5,250 nt of DNA, taken from contig CAZFVS010000077.1 of NCBI GenBank assembly GCA_964522265.1, forward strand, positions 1 through 5,250. Direction: 5' to 3'. Origin of the DNA: an uncultured Gammaproteobacteria bacterium (GTDB lineage: Bacteria > Patescibacteriota > Microgenomatia > Daviesbacterales > UBA10151). The translations under genes and the position numbers were made by a program. Positions 3,821 through 5,250 of the stretch are shown in pieces; within the stretch, counting starts at the first letter, position 1, and each line of letters starts with the position of its first letter. The notes under the pieces were generated by a model. It had not been told where the DNA came from. It did no database searches and saw nothing but the letters and a program-made list of their open reading frames with translations.

Positions 3821-5047
3821 TCACACTTTAGTGGCAATCTCCTGTTTTATTTTATCCAAAAATCCCTCTATATCCTGGTCAGCCAAATTCTCGCCACCCC
3901 TGGTTCTCACCGAGATACTTCCGGACTGCTCTTCCTTGTCTCCTACAATAACCATGTAGGGGATTTTTTGCGTTTGGGCATCCCTGATTTTAGACTGCAT
4001 AGTTTCTGACCTTCCATCAACCTCTACCCTGATCCCTGAGGACTTAAGTTGTTCGAGTAATTTTTGTGCATAATTTATGTGCTTGTCTGAGATGGGTATA
4101 ATTTGTACCTGGATTGGTGAAAGCCAGAGAGGAAATGCCCCCTGAAAATGTTCAGTTAAAATAGCAATGAACCTCTCAAAAGAGCCAAAAATTGCACGAT
4201 GTATCATTGCGGGTTTTTTAGCTTGTCCTTTCTCGTCGATGTATTTCAAATCAAATGCCTCAGGCATATGAAAATCGAGCTGGACTGTTGCCAGCTGCCA
4301 TTCTCTTTCTTGGGCATCCTTTATATGTAAATCAATTTTAGGCCCATAAAAGGCACCATCACCTTTTTTGTCTCCTACTTGAATTCCCTTCTTCTTTATA
4401 GCTTCAGATAATGTTTCTTCTGCCTTATCCCACATTTCATCTGTCCCAGCCCTAGTTTCAGGTCTGGTGGCAAACCTAAATTCAGGTTCAAAGTCTAGCT
4501 TTTTGTAAAACCCTATCATCATATCCAAAATATTCGATACTTCGTCAAAAATTTGATCCTCTCTTGCATAAATATGCGCATCATCCATAGTTAGTTGTCT
4601 GACCCGCAACAGCCCGTTTACCTCTCCTGACTTTTCCCTTCTGTGCAGCCTGCCAATTTCCATCAAACGCAAGGGTAGCTCTTTATAACTTCTTGGTCTA
4701 AACCTATAAAGAATAGTTGACTCAGGACAATTCATGGGTTTTAAGGAATACGAAAGAGTTTTAGACTCGTCATTTTCTTCAGAGAGTACTAAGTTGTACA
4801 TATTATGTGCTCCGAACTTCTCCCAATGTCCGGATTGTTTAAACAACTCACTTTTAACCATGATTGGTGTAGAGGTTTCCAGGTATCCTGCATTTGAAGT
4901 TAATTCACGAATATATTTTTCCAGCTCTTTGAAAATAACCATTCCTTTTGGAAGCCAAAACGGAGCACCCGGGGCAATTTCATCGGTGAAAAAAAGTTCC
5001 ATCTCTTGACCTATTTGTTTATGGTCTTTTAACTTTTTGTCGTCCAT
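3821..5047 (-). CDS. thrS: Threonine--tRNA ligase, catalytic plus anticodon-binding domains only (no N-terminal TGS or editing domains)
   Basis: 408-aa ORF. It aligns from DHKQIGQEMELFF (E. coli RDHRKIGKQLDLYH, roughly residue 240 from memory) to the C-terminus. The Zn-ligand contexts are conserved (KPMNCPE, MDDAHIY, AMIHRAIFGS). Class II motifs and the anticodon-binding domain (PIQVQIIPISDK...IPYMVIVGDKE...ISVRTR) are present. An in-frame TGA at 5089-5087 lies 13 codons upstream of the ATG. Confidence 0.95.
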   Translation of the reverse strand: MDDKKLKDHKQIGQEMELFFTDEIAPGAPFWLPKGMVIFKELEKYIRELTSNAGYLETSTPIMVKSELFKQSGHWEKFGAHNMYNLVLSEENDESKTLSYSLKPMNCPESTILYRFRPRSYKELPLRLMEIGRLHRREKSGEVNGLLRVRQLTMDDAHIYAREDQIFDEVSNILDMMIGFYKKLDFEPEFRFATRPETRAGTDEMWDKAEETLSEAIKKKGIQVGDKKGDGAFYGPKIDLHIKDAQEREWQLATVQLDFHMPEAFDLKYIDEKGQAKKPAMIHRAIFGSFERFIAILTEHFQGAFPLWLSPIQVQIIPISDKHINYAQKLLEQLKSSGIRVEVDGRSETMQSKIRDAQTQKIPYMVIVGDKEEQSGSISVRTRGGENLADQDIEGFLDKIKQEIATKV

Positions 5048-5250
5048 GGAAAATATTGTACTACAAAATGAAAAATTTGGCTGGTGTCAGTTTTACTGGA
5101 GAATTATTTATAAATTTGTTTATTTGCACTTGGGTATTGGTCAATTTACGGGGTCTCGGATTTTCTCATGTACACATAAACCTCATAAATAATAATAAGA
5201 GTTTGGTGCAAAACTCCTGGTAGGTTGATTTGACAAGTTAAAAGGCAACT

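Noticed and set aside
395-5009. All plus-strand ORFs on the track (395-649, 836-1069, 1094-1288, 1365-1547, 1804-2091, 1917-2276, 3767-4009, 4734-5009)
   Set aside because: Each lies antisense to a well-supported minus-strand housekeeping gene (pheT, pheS, thrS) or spans its edge. Their translations are low-complexity, Ser/Phe/Leu-rich, and have no recognisable motifs or SDs. They are typical shadow ORFs.
5185-5217. Hairpin GAGTTT-TGCACC-AAACTC followed by TTATTATTATTT (minus strand) as the terminator of an upstream gene
   Set aside because: The stem is only 6 bp and AT-rich, so it is marginal for an intrinsic terminator. The upstream gene is not in the window, so this was left uncalled.
5048-5250. 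T-box riboswitch or tRNA-like operator upstream of thrS
   Set aside because: No T-box consensus (AAnnnGGGTGGTACCGCG-like) and no specifier-loop architecture is visible in the 200 nt available. The region is mostly AT-rich with no extended helices. A leader starting beyond nt 5250 cannot be excluded.

Overview
All convincing genes in this AT-rich window are on the minus strand. They form the conserved translation cluster thrS - infC - rpmI - rplT - pheS - pheT, and pheT runs off the left edge. infC appears to start at a non-AUG codon (ATC) behind a strong GGAGG, and its stop overlaps the rpmI start (ATGA). The gene order is ordinary, but several details are not. (1) pheS carries two in-frame copies of a short GC-rich hairpin-type repeat, translated as ...SARNDN / ...SVRNDK. 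A third, degenerate, inverted copy lies in the pheS-pheT spacer. (2) ThrRS is a clean catalytic-core plus anticodon-domain protein with no N-terminal TGS or editing domains. (3) PheT lacks the N-terminal OB-fold (B2) tRNA-binding insertion. (4) A self-contained mini-cistron sits between rplT and pheS: a sigma70-like promoter, a GGAGAG Shine-Dalgarno (SD) sequence, a 28-aa hydrophobic ORF and a strong terminator. (5) The rpmI-rplT spacer is unusually long (255 nt). It holds a GC-rich island (an unannotated 50-codon basic ORF or a structured RNA) followed by AT-rich short repeats, and rplT has no SD. The reduced aaRS architectures and the repeat type suggest a small-genome uncultivated bacterium, but that is inference only. 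I see no CRISPR array, tRNA or rRNA gene, transposase or defence system.
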